Part shown: positions 9,539-19,687 of the stretch, one piece after another
How the letters are laid out: each line of letters opens with the position of its first letter
Position numbering within the stretch: position 1 is the stretch's first letter
Source: Vicinamibacteria bacterium
GTDB taxonomy: Bacteria > Acidobacteriota > Vicinamibacteria > Marinacidobacterales > Marinacidobacteraceae
Length of the DNA: 64,000 nucleotides
Direction: 5' to 3'
Assembly: GCA_963555995.3 (NCBI GenBank)
Contig: OY821641.1
Span: 2,336,001 to 2,400,000 of the forward strand
Program-made: the position numbers and the translations under genes
Notes under the pieces: generated by a model
What the model was told of the DNA's origin: nothing
Databases searched by the model: none
The model's input: the letters and a program-made list of their open reading frames with translations, nothing else

Positions 9539-10542
9539 CGGTCGCGCCAGATCACGAACTCGGCGAGCGCTTCCAGCCCGTCCCGGTAGGAAGACGGCGG
9601 CACCGCCGCCAGCGCTTCCCGCGAGGCGGCGGCGAAGCCTTCCGCCACCCGGCGCGCCTCGTCAAGACCTCCCCGGCGCTCGACCAGCGCCAGGATCTCG
9701 TCCTGCTGCCCGGAGGCGAGCTCGCCGCTGTCGAGCACTTGCTCGACGAGCGGCACGGCCTCGGGTTCGCGTTCGAGGGCATGCAGGATCGGCAGCGTGA
9801 GGTGCCCTTCCTTGAGGTCGCTCAGCACCGGCTTGCCCACCATGGCGGCGCTCGCGGTGAAGTCGAAGAGGTCGTCCGCCACCTGGAACGCCATCCCGAG
9901 GTTCATGCAGGCATCGCCCAGCGCCCGCTCGACCTCGGGGGGGGCCTCGACCATCATCGCCCCCATCTTGCCGCAGCCGTGGAAGAGGTACGCGGTCTTG
10001 AGCCGCAGGATCCGCAGGTGCTCCTCGCGGGTCAGGCCGATGGTCCCGCCCCGCGCCTTTTCGAGGAGCATGCCCTCGATCATGCGCATGGTGAGGTCGC
10101 ACATGGTGGCGACGACCTGGGGGTTCTGCTGCTCGACGGCCAGCGCCATGGACTGGATGTAGAGGAAGTCGCCGATCAGGACGGTGAGGTCGTTGCCCAG
10201 CAGGCTGTTCAGCGAGGCCTGGCCCCGCCGGGTATCGGCCTCGTCGACGATGTCGTCGTGGACCAGCGTCGCGGTATGCATGATCTCGACCATCGCCCCG
10301 TAGGCGGGGGCGCTGGCGTGCGACCGGCCCTTGACCCCGTCGGCGGCGCGCGCCGCGATCAGCAGCAGCATCGGACGGAGGCGCTTGCCGCCGCTCCGGT
10401 AGAGGTACTGGCTCGTCAGCTTCACCAGTTCGAGGTCGCTCTCGACCCGCGCGGCCAGGATGCGCTCGACCTCGGCGAGGTCCGGACCCAGTTCCGCCTC
10501 CAACTCGGAGAGCAGGCTCCCGGGACTCGAAACGGACAGCAT
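9535..10542 (-). CDS. Polyprenyl diphosphate synthase (IspB/HepT-like)
   Basis: GGKRLRP, LVHDDIVD..RRG (first Asp-rich motif), KTA, FQVADDLFD (second Asp-rich motif). Confidence 0.9.
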   Translation of the reverse strand: MLSVSSPGSLLSELEAELGPDLAEVERILAARVESDLELVKLTSQYLYRSGGKRLRPMLLLIAARAADGVKGRSHASAPAYGAMVEIMHTATLVHDDIVDEADTRRGQASLNSLLGNDLTVLIGDFLYIQSMALAVEQQNPQVVATMCDLTMRMIEGMLLEKARGGTIGLTREEHLRILRLKTAYLFHGCGKMGAMMVEAPPEVERALGDACMNLGMAFQVADDLFDFTASAAMVGKPVLSDLKEGHLTLPILHALEREPEAVPLVEQVLDSGELASGQQDEILALVERRGGLDEARRVAEGFAAASREALAAVPPSSYRDGLEALAEFVIWRDR

Positions 10543-10568
10543 TTGCCTGAATTTGGCCCGCGATTATC

Positions 10569-11426
10569 TCACGCGGGGGACGCCGGATCGGCGACCGGCG
10601 CCGGTAGCCGGCGAACCCCGGACCCGAAGAAAAAGCGATGGAAGTTCGCGTCGGTCGCCGTCTCGATGTCCTCGACGTCCGCCGACCGCACGGCGGCGAG
10701 AGCGCGGGCGGTCTCGACCACCATGGCGGGTTCGGCCCGTTTCCCCCGGTGCGGCACGGGCGCCAGGTAGGGACTGTCGGTCTCCACCAGCAGGTGGTCG
10801 AGGGGCACGAGCGCGGCGGTCCGACGCAGGTCCTCCGCGTTCCGGAAGGTGAGAATCCCGGAGAACGAGATCAGGAAACCCCGTTCCCAGGCGGCCCGCG
10901 CCAGCCGTTCGCTCGCGGTGAAGCAGTGGAGGATGGCCCCGCAGTCGGCGAGGTCCTCCTCGTCCGCGATGCGGAGGAAGTCGTCCTCGGCGTCGCGGTG
11001 GTGCACGACGACCGGCAGTCCCAGTTCCCGGGCCGTCCGGATCTGGCGCCGGAACACGTCCCGCTGCTCGGGGCGCGGGCTCAGGTCGTAGTGGTAGTCG
11101 AGCCCCACCTCGCCGATGGCGAGCAGGCGCGGGCGGCGCGCGAGTTCGGCGAGTCGTTCCTCCCCGCCGAGTTCGCCGAAGAGCCGGGCGTCGTGGGGAT
11201 GACAACCGAGGGTCGTGAAGAGTTGCGGCGCCTCCCCCTCGGAGTGATCCGCCCCGTCCGGATGGAGCGCGTCCACCAGCCCGAAGGTGTCCTCCCACGA
11301 GCCTTCGCCGTCGAGCATGCCGATGGAAACGACCGTGGAAACCCCCGCGCGCGCGGCCCGCGCCAGCACCGCCCGCCGATCGGGACCAAAGGCCGGCTGG
11401 TCGAGGTGGGCGTGCGAGTCGGTCAT
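10569..11426 (-). CDS. tatD: TatD family hydrolase
   Basis: DSHAHL, GCHPH, IGEVGLDY, LHCF, ETDSPYL. Confidence 0.9.
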   Translation of the reverse strand: MTDSHAHLDQPAFGPDRRAVLARAARAGVSTVVSIGMLDGEGSWEDTFGLVDALHPDGADHSEGEAPQLFTTLGCHPHDARLFGELGGEERLAELARRPRLLAIGEVGLDYHYDLSPRPEQRDVFRRQIRTARELGLPVVVHHRDAEDDFLRIADEEDLADCGAILHCFTASERLARAAWERGFLISFSGILTFRNAEDLRRTAALVPLDHLLVETDSPYLAPVPHRGKRAEPAMVVETARALAAVRSADVEDIETATDANFHRFFFGSGVRRLPAPVADPASPA

Positions 11427-12604
11427 CGGGAGCCGCGCCCGGCGGAGTCGGGAAGCGGCGCCGCGAGCGCCTGCCGGTAGACCTCCTTCAGGGGGACGCC
11501 GGACTCCTCCGCGACGCGGCGGCAGTCCTCGAACTCGGGAGCGCGGTTCACCACCGTCCCCTCGCGCATCCCCAGCTTGAGCCCCACCGTTCCCCAGGGG
11601 GTCTCGACCGAAACCACCCGGCGCTCCAGCGTTTCCCGCTCGGCCTCGGTGATCCGGACGCCGAGCGTCGTGCTCTCCGCGAACAGCACCGACACCACCG
11701 CCTCCCGGCGGGGAGGGTCCACGAGCGCCGTCAGCGCGAGCCCCGGCCGGCCCTTCTTCATCTGCACCGGGGTGAAGAAGGCGTCCCGCGCGCCCGCCGC
11801 CAGCAGGCGTTCGAGCAGGTGCGGCGCGATCTCGGGCTGCAGGTCGTCGAGCGTCGCCTCGATGACGCCCACCGTCCTGCCGAGCCGGTCGGGAGCGGTC
11901 CCGAGCACCGCCCGCAACGCGTTCGGGCGTCCCTCCCGGGGGTCCGCGGTGCCGAGGCCGTAGCCGATGCGTTCCGGGGTCATCGCGGGCCAGCCGTCGA
12001 AGGAATCGGCGAGCCCGGTCAGGACCGCTCCCGTCGGGGTGGTGCGCTCGAAGCCGGACCCGTCGGAGAAGGTGGGAACGCCGCGGAGCAGCAGACCGGT
12101 GGCCGGCGCGGGGATCTCGAGCGTGCCGTGCTCGGCCTCGACCGAACCGCTGCCGAGATTGACGGCGGAAGCGACGACCCGGTCGGGGGCCAGGTGGGCG
12201 ACTCCGGCCACCGCGCCCACGATGTCCACCAGCGTGTCGAGCGAGCCCAGTTCGTGAAGGTGCACGGACTCCGCGGCCATCCCGTGGATCTGACCCTCCG
12301 CCTCGAAAATGCGCCGCAGCAGACGAGCCGCCCGCTCCCGGACCTCGCCGTCGAGCCCGCTCCGGTCCAGCACGCCGAGGAAATCGCGCAGGTAGCGGTG
12401 GCCGCGGTCGTCCGGCGCCTCCACGTGCGCCTTGATCCCGCGGAGTCCGCCGCGCGCGTCCTCTTCGAACGCGACCGAAACGGGAGAGCGCAGCGCGGCG
12501 ACCGTCTCCGAAAGGACCTCGGGCGGCACTCCCACGTCCACGAGGGCGCCGAGCAGCATGTCCCCCGAGACACCGGAGGACAGGTCGAGAAACAGGACGC
12601 GCAC
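11423..12604 (-). CDS. larC: Nickel-pincer cofactor biosynthesis protein LarC
   Basis: SGVSGDMLLGAL, VHLHELG..D...DIVG, PAPAT, TPTGA, MKKGRPG, PEFEDC. Confidence 0.88.
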   Translation of the reverse strand: MRVLFLDLSSGVSGDMLLGALVDVGVPPEVLSETVAALRSPVSVAFEEDARGGLRGIKAHVEAPDDRGHRYLRDFLGVLDRSGLDGEVRERAARLLRRIFEAEGQIHGMAAESVHLHELGSLDTLVDIVGAVAGVAHLAPDRVVASAVNLGSGSVEAEHGTLEIPAPATGLLLRGVPTFSDGSGFERTTPTGAVLTGLADSFDGWPAMTPERIGYGLGTADPREGRPNALRAVLGTAPDRLGRTVGVIEATLDDLQPEIAPHLLERLLAAGARDAFFTPVQMKKGRPGLALTALVDPPRREAVVSVLFAESTTLGVRITEAERETLERRVVSVETPWGTVGLKLGMREGTVVNRAPEFEDCRRVAEESGVPLKEVYRQALAAPLPDSAGRGSR

Positions 12605-12745
12605 GGACAGCGGCGGATTCTAGAAGCGCGCCGGCCCATCCCGGCGGACTCGGCGCCCACGGATTCCGGAGCGGATAGGCTTGGCGGCGCAGTTCACCCG
12701 GTTGCCGGACCGGAATGACCGTGGCGCCGGCGGCCGCTTCCGCTC

Positions 12746-13222
12746 ATGAGCACGTTCGTCCCCACGCCGCCGAGCGCCGCCTCGATGCGCGAGGAGGCGT
12801 TCCGCCGCCTCGAGGAGTTCACCCGGGAACGGGGACTCAAGAAGTCCCGCCAGCGGGAACTCATCCTGGACCGTTTCCTGGGGCTGGGCGGACACGTCTC
12901 GGCCGACGATCTGCACGGCGACGTGCGGGAAGCGGACGCCTCGATCGGCCGCACCACCGTCTATCGCGCCCTGCGGCTGTTCTGCGAAGCGCACATCGCC
13001 TCCTCGATCGACCTGAAGGACGGGCTGACCCGCTTCGAGCCGGCGCTGTCCCGCGGGCACCACGACCACCTCATCTGCGTCCGCTGCGGCCGGATTGACG
13101 AGTTCCTCTCGGAACAGGTGGAGCGGCGGCAGGAGGAGATCGCGGCGGAGCACGGGTATCGGCTGGTGTGGCACCGCCACCAGCTCTACGGCGTCTGCGG
13201 GAACTGCGACAAGCAAGGCTGA
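12746..13222 (+). CDS. Fur-family transcriptional regulator
   Basis: HVSADDL, TTVYRAL, HHDHLICVRCG, C-terminal CGNC. Confidence 0.9.
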   Translation: MSTFVPTPPSAASMREEAFRRLEEFTRERGLKKSRQRELILDRFLGLGGHVSADDLHGDVREADASIGRTTVYRALRLFCEAHIASSIDLKDGLTRFEPALSRGHHDHLICVRCGRIDEFLSEQVERRQEEIAAEHGYRLVWHRHQLYGVCGNCDKQG

Positions 13223-13229
13223 CGGCGGA

Positions 13230-13973
13230 TCACAGTTCGCCGGCTTCGCTGAAGCTGTGCCACTTCCCGGCGCCGATCACAAGGTGATCGAGCACCGGGA
13301 TCCCCATGATCGCTCCCGCTTCCTGGAGGCGCCGGGTGAGCTGCCGGTCCGCGTCCGAGGGCTCGGGATCGCCCGACGGGTGATTGTGGAAGAGGATCAG
13401 CGACACCGCCTGGTAGGCCGCCGCCAGCCGGAAGAGATCGCGGGGGTGGACGGGAGCACCGGTCAGCGAACCCCGCGAGATGATCTCGGCCCGGCGCAGG
13501 CAACCGCGGCTGTCGAGCATCAGGACGCCGAACTCCTCGACCTCGCGGTTCCCGAAGCGGGCGATGAGGTAGCGCGCCACCTCCGCCGGACCGCAGAAGC
13601 AGGGGATCTGCTCGTCCGTGGGATAGCCCGCGCGGCGTCCCAGTTCGAGGGCGGCCGCCAGCCGGACGAGCCGCGCCCGGGAGAGCCCGGACCGGCGCGC
13701 CAGGTGGCCGAGCGGCGCCTGGCTGAGCGGCGCCACGCCGCCCAGGTCGTCGAGCAGGCGGCGGGCGAGGCCGTCTCCGCCCGGCCCCAGCACGAGACCG
13801 AGCAGTTCGGCGCTGGTCAGGGATCGCGCCCCGTTCTCGAAGAGCCGGTTGCCGGGCGTGTCCGCCGGGACGCGCCGCCGGCGTTCCGGGACTCGGGCCG
13901 GATATCGCGGCGCCCGTCGCCGGGACGGAGTTCCGGGGGCGGCGGGCCGGCGGTGCGGAGCCGGACTCTTCAA
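13230..13973 (-). CDS. radC: RadC family JAB-domain protein
   Basis: LTSAELLGLVL, VHPRDLF, HNHPSGDPEPSDAD, LDHLVIG; TTG start overlapping the upstream stop (start uncertain). Confidence 0.85.
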   Translation of the reverse strand: MKSPAPHRRPAAPGTPSRRRAPRYPARVPERRRRVPADTPGNRLFENGARSLTSAELLGLVLGPGGDGLARRLLDDLGGVAPLSQAPLGHLARRSGLSRARLVRLAAALELGRRAGYPTDEQIPCFCGPAEVARYLIARFGNREVEEFGVLMLDSRGCLRRAEIISRGSLTGAPVHPRDLFRLAAAYQAVSLILFHNHPSGDPEPSDADRQLTRRLQEAGAIMGIPVLDHLVIGAGKWHSFSEAGEL

Positions 13974-14560
13974 GCCGGGGGGCGGCAGCGCTGGCGAAAA
14001 GCCCGCGCGGTGGAACACACCCCGTCCATCCACGCGGCGTAGGGGGAAGCGTCCAGGGCGGGCGCGAACCCGGCGCGGAGGAGGACCTGCTCCGAGGCGG
14101 GGTTGCCGGGCGTCACCAGGGCGAACAGGTCGGCCCCCCCGAAACGGACCCCGGCGAACCGCACGGCGCTCCGGACCGCCTCGGTGGCGTAGCCGAGCCC
14201 CCACACCGGCCGGGCGAAGCAGTAGCCGATCTCCACGAGGCCGGGCGCCCGCTCCAGCAGTTTGAGACCGCCGCGGACCCGGGCGCTCTTCCGCTCCACC
14301 ACCGCGAGATCGACCTGCGAGGTGTCCGGCGCGCGTGTCCCGGCGATCGCGCGCCGGAGGAAGGCGAGCGTTTCCGGCGCCGCGTTCGGCCCCCAGCGGA
14401 GGTGCCGGGTCACCTCGGGGTCGCTCGCGTACTCGTGGACGTCGGCAAAGTCCGACTCCCGGAACGGACGCAGGATGAGCCGCTCGGTCGCGAGCGGCAG
14501 GCCGGGCGGCCAGCCTCCGGCGGCCCCCGGAGACGACGCACCCGGGCGGGGGGAGTTCAC
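13970..14560 (-). CDS. GNAT N-acetyltransferase (RimJ/RimL-like)
   Basis: TERLILRPF, EIGY, WGLGYATEA, NPASEQVL.RAGF. Confidence 0.85.
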   Translation of the reverse strand: MNSPRPGASSPGAAGGWPPGLPLATERLILRPFRESDFADVHEYASDPEVTRHLRWGPNAAPETLAFLRRAIAGTRAPDTSQVDLAVVERKSARVRGGLKLLERAPGLVEIGYCFARPVWGLGYATEAVRSAVRFAGVRFGGADLFALVTPGNPASEQVLLRAGFAPALDASPYAAWMDGVCSTARAFRQRCRPPA

Positions 14561-14603
14561 GGGGGCGGGCGCGCTGCCATCGCCGGGGGATGCGACAACC
14601 GGC

Positions 14604-15053
14604 TCAGCCGGCCGACTCCGCCGCTCGCTTCAGATCTTCAAGGTCCTGTTCGAGCGTCTTCTTCACGCTCTTCAGCATCAGCCCGCTGAACACCGAGAAC
14701 AGCCGGGCGGCGAAGGTCAGCGGACGGGCCCCGAACCCGAACGTGACCCGGGTCCCGTCTCCCTCGGGAACGAAGGTGATTCCGGTCCGGTAGCGCGCCC
14801 CGTGCGATTCGGCCTCGACCACGTAGGAGCGGGGCGGATCGAAGCCGGTGACCCACATCTCCTCGGTGGCCTGCTTGCCGTAGAGCGTGCGGGTCTCGCG
14901 CCAGCGGGTTCCCTCTCCGAAGGGGCCGTCGCTCAGGACTTCCACCGAGTCGATGCCGGACATCGTTTCCGGCAGGCCCGAGAGATCGGTCGCGACCTCG
15001 AAGACGCGCTCGGGAGACGCCGCGATGGTCGTTGCGACTTCTACGCTCGCCAT
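14604..15053 (-). CDS. SRPBCC/polyketide cyclase-like protein
   Basis: IAASPERVF...GEGTRWRETR...DLEDLKRAAE pattern. Confidence 0.8.
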   Translation of the reverse strand: MASVEVATTIAASPERVFEVATDLSGLPETMSGIDSVEVLSDGPFGEGTRWRETRTLYGKQATEEMWVTGFDPPRSYVVEAESHGARYRTGITFVPEGDGTRVTFGFGARPLTFAARLFSVFSGLMLKSVKKTLEQDLEDLKRAAESAG

Positions 15054-15093
15054 GGGCCGGGGAGTCTAAGGCGGGCGGACCGACCCGCGCGGA

Positions 15094-16494
15094 TCAGTCG
15101 GGAACGCGGGGATAGCGGGTGGTGACTCCGCCGGACGTGAGGGTCAGCGCGGGCGCGGTGTCGTCCGGCCCCGACTCGCAGACGATCCGCGTGAAGGGGT
15201 CGCCCTCGGGATGGAAGACCCCGTCCCCCACCGGCGCCAGCCGCTCGCCGAAGCCGAACAGCGATCCGTCCTCGAAGCGGAGCGTTACCGGCGACCGGCC
15301 CGGATCGTAGGTTCCGGCGCAGCGGCGGAGTTCGGCCTCGGGAACCTCGATCTCGTTCACCTCCGGCTGCTCCATTCCGAGCGCCGCCCGGGCGATCCGG
15401 TTCGCGAGCACGCCGGGTCGGCCGGAACCGGAGTTGATGAGGACGGCGACGCCGAGGTCCGCCTCGGGATAGAACGCGAGCTGCGCGCGGAAGCCGTTGA
15501 TCCCGCCGCCGTGGGACACCCGGGCGAGCCCGTGCTCCTCCCCGAGCGAAAGCCCGTAGCCGTAGTGGACCGGATCGCCGTTCACGAGCGTTCCGCGGGC
15601 CGTCATCCGCGCGTAGCCGGTCGCGCTCACCGCCTGCCCGGAGGCCAGCGCCCGCTGCCAGGCGAGGAGATCCAGCACGCTCGCGCCCAGCGACCCCGCG
15701 GCGTAGGGCAGCTCCATGCTGAGCGGCTCGTCGTTCACGAAGCCGCCGTCGTCGCCGACTTCGTAGCCCTCGGCCCGCCCGGGCACGAGGGGGCCGTTCC
15801 GGAGGTAGTGGGTCCGCTCGAGGCCGAGGGGTTCGAAGAGCCGCGTCTCGAGGAACTCGGTGTAGCTCATCCCCGAGAGGCGTTCGATGAGGACCCCGAG
15901 CAGGTAGTAGCCGGAGTTGTTGTACTGGTAGCGGTCGCCGGGCTCGAACTCGAAGGGCGGCTCGGAGAACAACTCCAGCATGCCCTCGTGGCCGAGGTCG
16001 AGACGGGAGCGCTCCCAGAACTCCGGCATCTCCGTGTAGCCCTTGATCCCCGAGGTGTGGTTCAAGAGGCGCTCGACCGGCACCGCGAAACCCTGGGTGT
16101 CGTAGTCGGGCAGGTACTCGCGCAGGTCGGCCGACAGGTCCAGCTTGCCCTCCTCGGCCAGCAGCATGGCGGCAGCGGCCGTGAACTGCTTGGTGACCGA
16201 ACCGATGCGATACACGGTGTCCGCGGTCGCGGGGACCTCGTTTTCCAGATCCGCGTAGCCGAAACCGCCCGCGAAGACGACCTCGCCGCCGCGCTGCACG
16301 CCGACCGAGATCCCGGGGGCCGGATGGTCGCGGAGCGCGTCCTGGGCCAGGTCGTGGATCTGACCGGCGAGTTCGGCCCACCCGTCGGGCGCGGGGGGAT
16401 CCGCCGGGGGCGACCCGCAGGCGACCAGGAGCGCGGGCGTCAGGAGGACCGGTATCCGGCGCAACGGGGGCTTTCGGCGCATGCCCCCGATCAT
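15094..16494 (-). CDS. Serine hydrolase, beta-lactamase class C/PBP-like lipoprotein
   Basis: Lipobox LVAC, SVTK (SxxK), LLNHTSG, YNN, HGGG; ATG overlaps the selB stop (alternative start 16482). Confidence 0.85.
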   Translation of the reverse strand: MIGGMRRKPPLRRIPVLLTPALLVACGSPPADPPAPDGWAELAGQIHDLAQDALRDHPAPGISVGVQRGGEVVFAGGFGYADLENEVPATADTVYRIGSVTKQFTAAAAMLLAEEGKLDLSADLREYLPDYDTQGFAVPVERLLNHTSGIKGYTEMPEFWERSRLDLGHEGMLELFSEPPFEFEPGDRYQYNNSGYYLLGVLIERLSGMSYTEFLETRLFEPLGLERTHYLRNGPLVPGRAEGYEVGDDGGFVNDEPLSMELPYAAGSLGASVLDLLAWQRALASGQAVSATGYARMTARGTLVNGDPVHYGYGLSLGEEHGLARVSHGGGINGFRAQLAFYPEADLGVAVLINSGSGRPGVLANRIARAALGMEQPEVNEIEVPEAELRRCAGTYDPGRSPVTLRFEDGSLFGFGERLAPVGDGVFHPEGDPFTRIVCESGPDDTAPALTLTSGGVTTRYPRVPD

Positions 16495-18410
16495 AGGATC
16501 TTTCTGAAATTCCCCACCCGGACCGTGACCCGCTCCCGGTCCAGCCATTCGAGCAGCGGGATCGCGTGCTTGCGGCTGAGGCCGAAACGCTCCTTGAACC
16601 AGGCAACGTCAATCCGCGGGTCCACGGCGGCCCGTTCGGCAACCGCGCGCCGGACCTCGGCGATCCGCGCGGCGTCGAAGTAGAGGTCGGGGCTCACGTC
16701 CACCACCCGGCCCTCGCTCAGGAGCAGGCGCCGCAGGTCATCCACGAGGTCGGTGGGCACCCCGAGCCGTTCGGCCGCCTCGCCGAGGGTCGGGGGCTTA
16801 CATCCCCCCTCGGCCAGCAGGCGCGCGAAGCCGTCGGAGGCGCGCCGCTCCTCGTTCGTCAGCTCGATGCGCCGGCCCGCCGTCCCCACGGCGTGCCGCG
16901 TGAGCTCCACGGCGCCCGCCTCGGCGAGCCCCCGGAGCGCGCCGTCCGCCACCGCGGCGGGAACGCCGGTCTGTTCCCGGAGCTGTTCGAGCGGCATTCC
17001 CGCGCGCCGCCGGTGGTCCGACTCCCAGGCGGCGAGCCGGGCGAGGATGCGGTCCTCGAGGGACCGGACGTTCCCGGCCGACAGGAAGACCCGTCCGCCC
17101 CCGCCGGACGGCGCGCTCTCGCCGAGCGCCTCGATTTCCCCGCGCCCCGCGAGTTCCGCGACGACCCGTTCCGCGTCCAGCGCCCGGATCCCCAACCGGC
17201 GGCGCAGCACCGTTTCGCCGAGTCCGCGGATGCCGGCCTCCTCGATGAAGGCGGCGGCGGCGCAGGCGTCGGTCACCCCGTCGAGCGCCGCCACCCGGTC
17301 GCGAGCTTCCAGGCTCCGGGGAGAGCGCTTCGGCGGCAGGGCGTCCAGGATCCGGCCGCCGCCGATGGTGATCACCGGGGAGTAGCGCCGCATGATGAAG
17401 CGGTCCCCCCGGACGGCGGCCAGCGGCGTCTCGAGGCGCAGCTGCACCAGGCCGGAGTCTCCGGGAGCGAGCGCCCCGGCTCCCCCGAGGAGCCGCACCC
17501 GGGCGAGGGAGGTGGCGGTGCCGACGTGGAGGTGGACGCGGTCCTCATCCTGGACCGGCCCGGACGCCCACCCGAGCACCTCGAGCCGGGCGTCGAGCAT
17601 CCGGGTCGCACTCAACTCGCCGGGCGAGGCGACGACGGATCCGCGATCCACCCGGAGGCGGCCGCCGGCGGCGAGGTTCAGGGCGGCCCGCTGCCCGGCG
17701 TGCGCCGACTCGACCGAAACGCCGTGGACCTGGAGTCCCCGGACCCGGGCGCGCGCTCCCCCGGGGAGAACTTCCACCTCGCTCCCGGCCGCGACGCCGC
17801 CCGATACCAGCGTCCCGGTGACCACGGAACCGAAACCGCGCATGGTGAAGGCCCGGTCCACCGGCAGCCGGAAGGGGCCCGAGGCGTCGCGGAGCCCGGC
17901 CGCGCCGGCCGCCGCCGCGAGCGCGCCGCGGAGCTCGTCGAGCCCCGCCCCGGTCTTCGAGGAAACCGGAACGAGCGGCGCCTCCGCCAGGGCGGAGCCC
18001 GCGAGCAGTTCGCGCACCTCGAGGGCGGCGATCTCGATGAATTCGGGATCCTCCACGAGGTCAATCCGGGTCAGCGCCACCACCGCCGACCGCACGCCGA
18101 GCAGCCGGCAGATCTCGATGTGTTCGCGGGTCTGGGGCATCACCGACTCGTCCGCGGCCACCACCAGCAGCACCACGTCGAACCCCGAGGCGCCGGCGAG
18201 CATGTTGCGCACGAACCGCTCGTGGCCGGGAACGTCCACGAAGCCGTAGTTCACGCCCTCGTGCTCGAGATGCGCGAAGCCGAGGTCCACGGTGATGCCG
18301 CGGGCCTTCTCCTCCTTCAGCCGGTCCGGGTCGGTGCCGGTGAGGGCCAGCACCAGCGAACTCTTCCCGTGGTCAATGTGGCCGGCGGTCCCGACCACCA
18401 CGTTTCTCAA
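16491..18410 (-). CDS. selB: Selenocysteine-specific elongation factor SelB
   Basis: [33 protein letters not shown]-terminal winged-helix [15 protein letters not shown]. Confidence 0.93.
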   Translation of the reverse strand: MRNVVVGTAGHIDHGKSSLVLALTGTDPDRLKEEKARGITVDLGFAHLEHEGVNYGFVDVPGHERFVRNMLAGASGFDVVLLVVAADESVMPQTREHIEICRLLGVRSAVVALTRIDLVEDPEFIEIAALEVRELLAGSALAEAPLVPVSSKTGAGLDELRGALAAAAGAAGLRDASGPFRLPVDRAFTMRGFGSVVTGTLVSGGVAAGSEVEVLPGGARARVRGLQVHGVSVESAHAGQRAALNLAAGGRLRVDRGSVVASPGELSATRMLDARLEVLGWASGPVQDEDRVHLHVGTATSLARVRLLGGAGALAPGDSGLVQLRLETPLAAVRGDRFIMRRYSPVITIGGGRILDALPPKRSPRSLEARDRVAALDGVTDACAAAAFIEEAGIRGLGETVLRRRLGIRALDAERVVAELAGRGEIEALGESAPSGGGGRVFLSAGNVRSLEDRILARLAAWESDHRRRAGMPLEQLREQTGVPAAVADGALRGLAEAGAVELTRHAVGTAGRRIELTNEERRASDGFARLLAEGGCKPPTLGEAAERLGVPTDLVDDLRRLLLSEGRVVDVSPDLYFDAARIAEVRRAVAERAAVDPRIDVAWFKERFGLSRKHAIPLLEWLDRERVTVRVGNFRKIL

Positions 18411-18715
18411 CACCCCGGGGGAAGACCACCCCGCTTGGTCTTCATGACCCGGTCGCCACCGAATCGCGTGTTCACGACGGGGGCGGGGTGCTCTTCCCCC
18501 GGGGTGCTGGCGGGGACCGCTCCACGGTCCGCGCCAGCTTCTTTCGCGGGGAGGGGAAACCCCTCCCCACACCCCTCCCCCGCGGCGCGCTGCGCCGCGA
18601 ATGGGTACAGCCAGGGTTTCGCCACGAACCGCCAAGTGTAGAGATCACGGAATCGGCGGGGACCTGATAATCCCCTGATCTCCCCATCCGACATTCCCCC
18701 TGGAGGATCACCGCC

Positions 18716-19585
18716 ATGCGTTCCCCGATCTCGAAAACGATTCCGCCAGCCCTCGCCCTCGCGCTCCTGCTTCCCGCCGGGGCCTTTGCCCAACAGGGCC
18801 CCGACAAGGGCTCGCTGGTCATCGTCGGCGGGGCGCTCCGCGACGACGCGATCCTCGAACGCTTCATCAGCCTCGCGGGGGGACCGGAAGCTCCCATCGT
18901 GATCATTCCCACCGCCGGCGGCGAGGACGACTACGACGCGTGGTACGCGGGCGCCCGGCGGTTCCGCAACCTCGGGGTGAAGAACATCACCGTCCTCCAC
19001 ACCTGGAACCGGGAAGAGGCCGAGAGCGAAGCGTTCGCCGAGCCGATCACCAGGGCCCGCGGGGTGTGGTTTCCCGGCGGGCGGCAGTGGCGGCTGGTGG
19101 ACGCCTACGCCGACACCCGCACCGAGCGGGAGCTGCACGCGCTGCTCGCGCGGGGCGGCGTGATCGGCGGGTCCTCGGCCGGGGCAACGATCCAGGGCGA
19201 ATACCTCGCGCGCGGGGACACCAGCGGCAACACCATCATGATGGGCGACCACGAGGAGGGCTTCGCGTTCTTCCGGGGAACGGCGATTGACCAGCACCTG
19301 CTGGTGCGGAACCGCCATTTCGACCTCCTGGAGATCATCGCGGCCCGGCCCGAGCTGCTGGGCATCGGCATTGACGAGGACACCGCCATCGTGGTCCGCG
19401 GAAACGGTTTCGAGGTAATCGGCCAAGGCTACGTCGCGATCTACGACAACACGAGGGAATTGCCGAACGGCGGGACCTTCTACTTCCTGATGCCCGGCGA
19501 CCGCTACAACATCGAGACCCGGGAGCCGCTCCGGCTCCAGTACGGCGAAAACGCCTTCACCACCACCGTCAAGAAGAGGCGCTGA
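18716..19585 (+). CDS. Cyanophycinase-like S51 peptidase with signal peptide
   Basis: AFA|Q signal, LVIVGG, IPTA, GGRQWRL, GSSAGA nucleophile motif, IDQH, GIDEDTA; GGAGG SD. Confidence 0.85.
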   Translation: MRSPISKTIPPALALALLLPAGAFAQQGPDKGSLVIVGGALRDDAILERFISLAGGPEAPIVIIPTAGGEDDYDAWYAGARRFRNLGVKNITVLHTWNREEAESEAFAEPITRARGVWFPGGRQWRLVDAYADTRTERELHALLARGGVIGGSSAGATIQGEYLARGDTSGNTIMMGDHEEGFAFFRGTAIDQHLLVRNRHFDLLEIIAARPELLGIGIDEDTAIVVRGNGFEVIGQGYVAIYDNTRELPNGGTFYFLMPGDRYNIETREPLRLQYGENAFTTTVKKRR

Positions 19586-19687
19586 AACCGACGCCGAGGC
19601 ATCCTGCGTTCGGGGTCCGGCGGACCGACCTGCGGTTCCCCGAGCGGACGCTCCGGCTCCGTCCCGCCGGCCAATGTGACGTACAGG

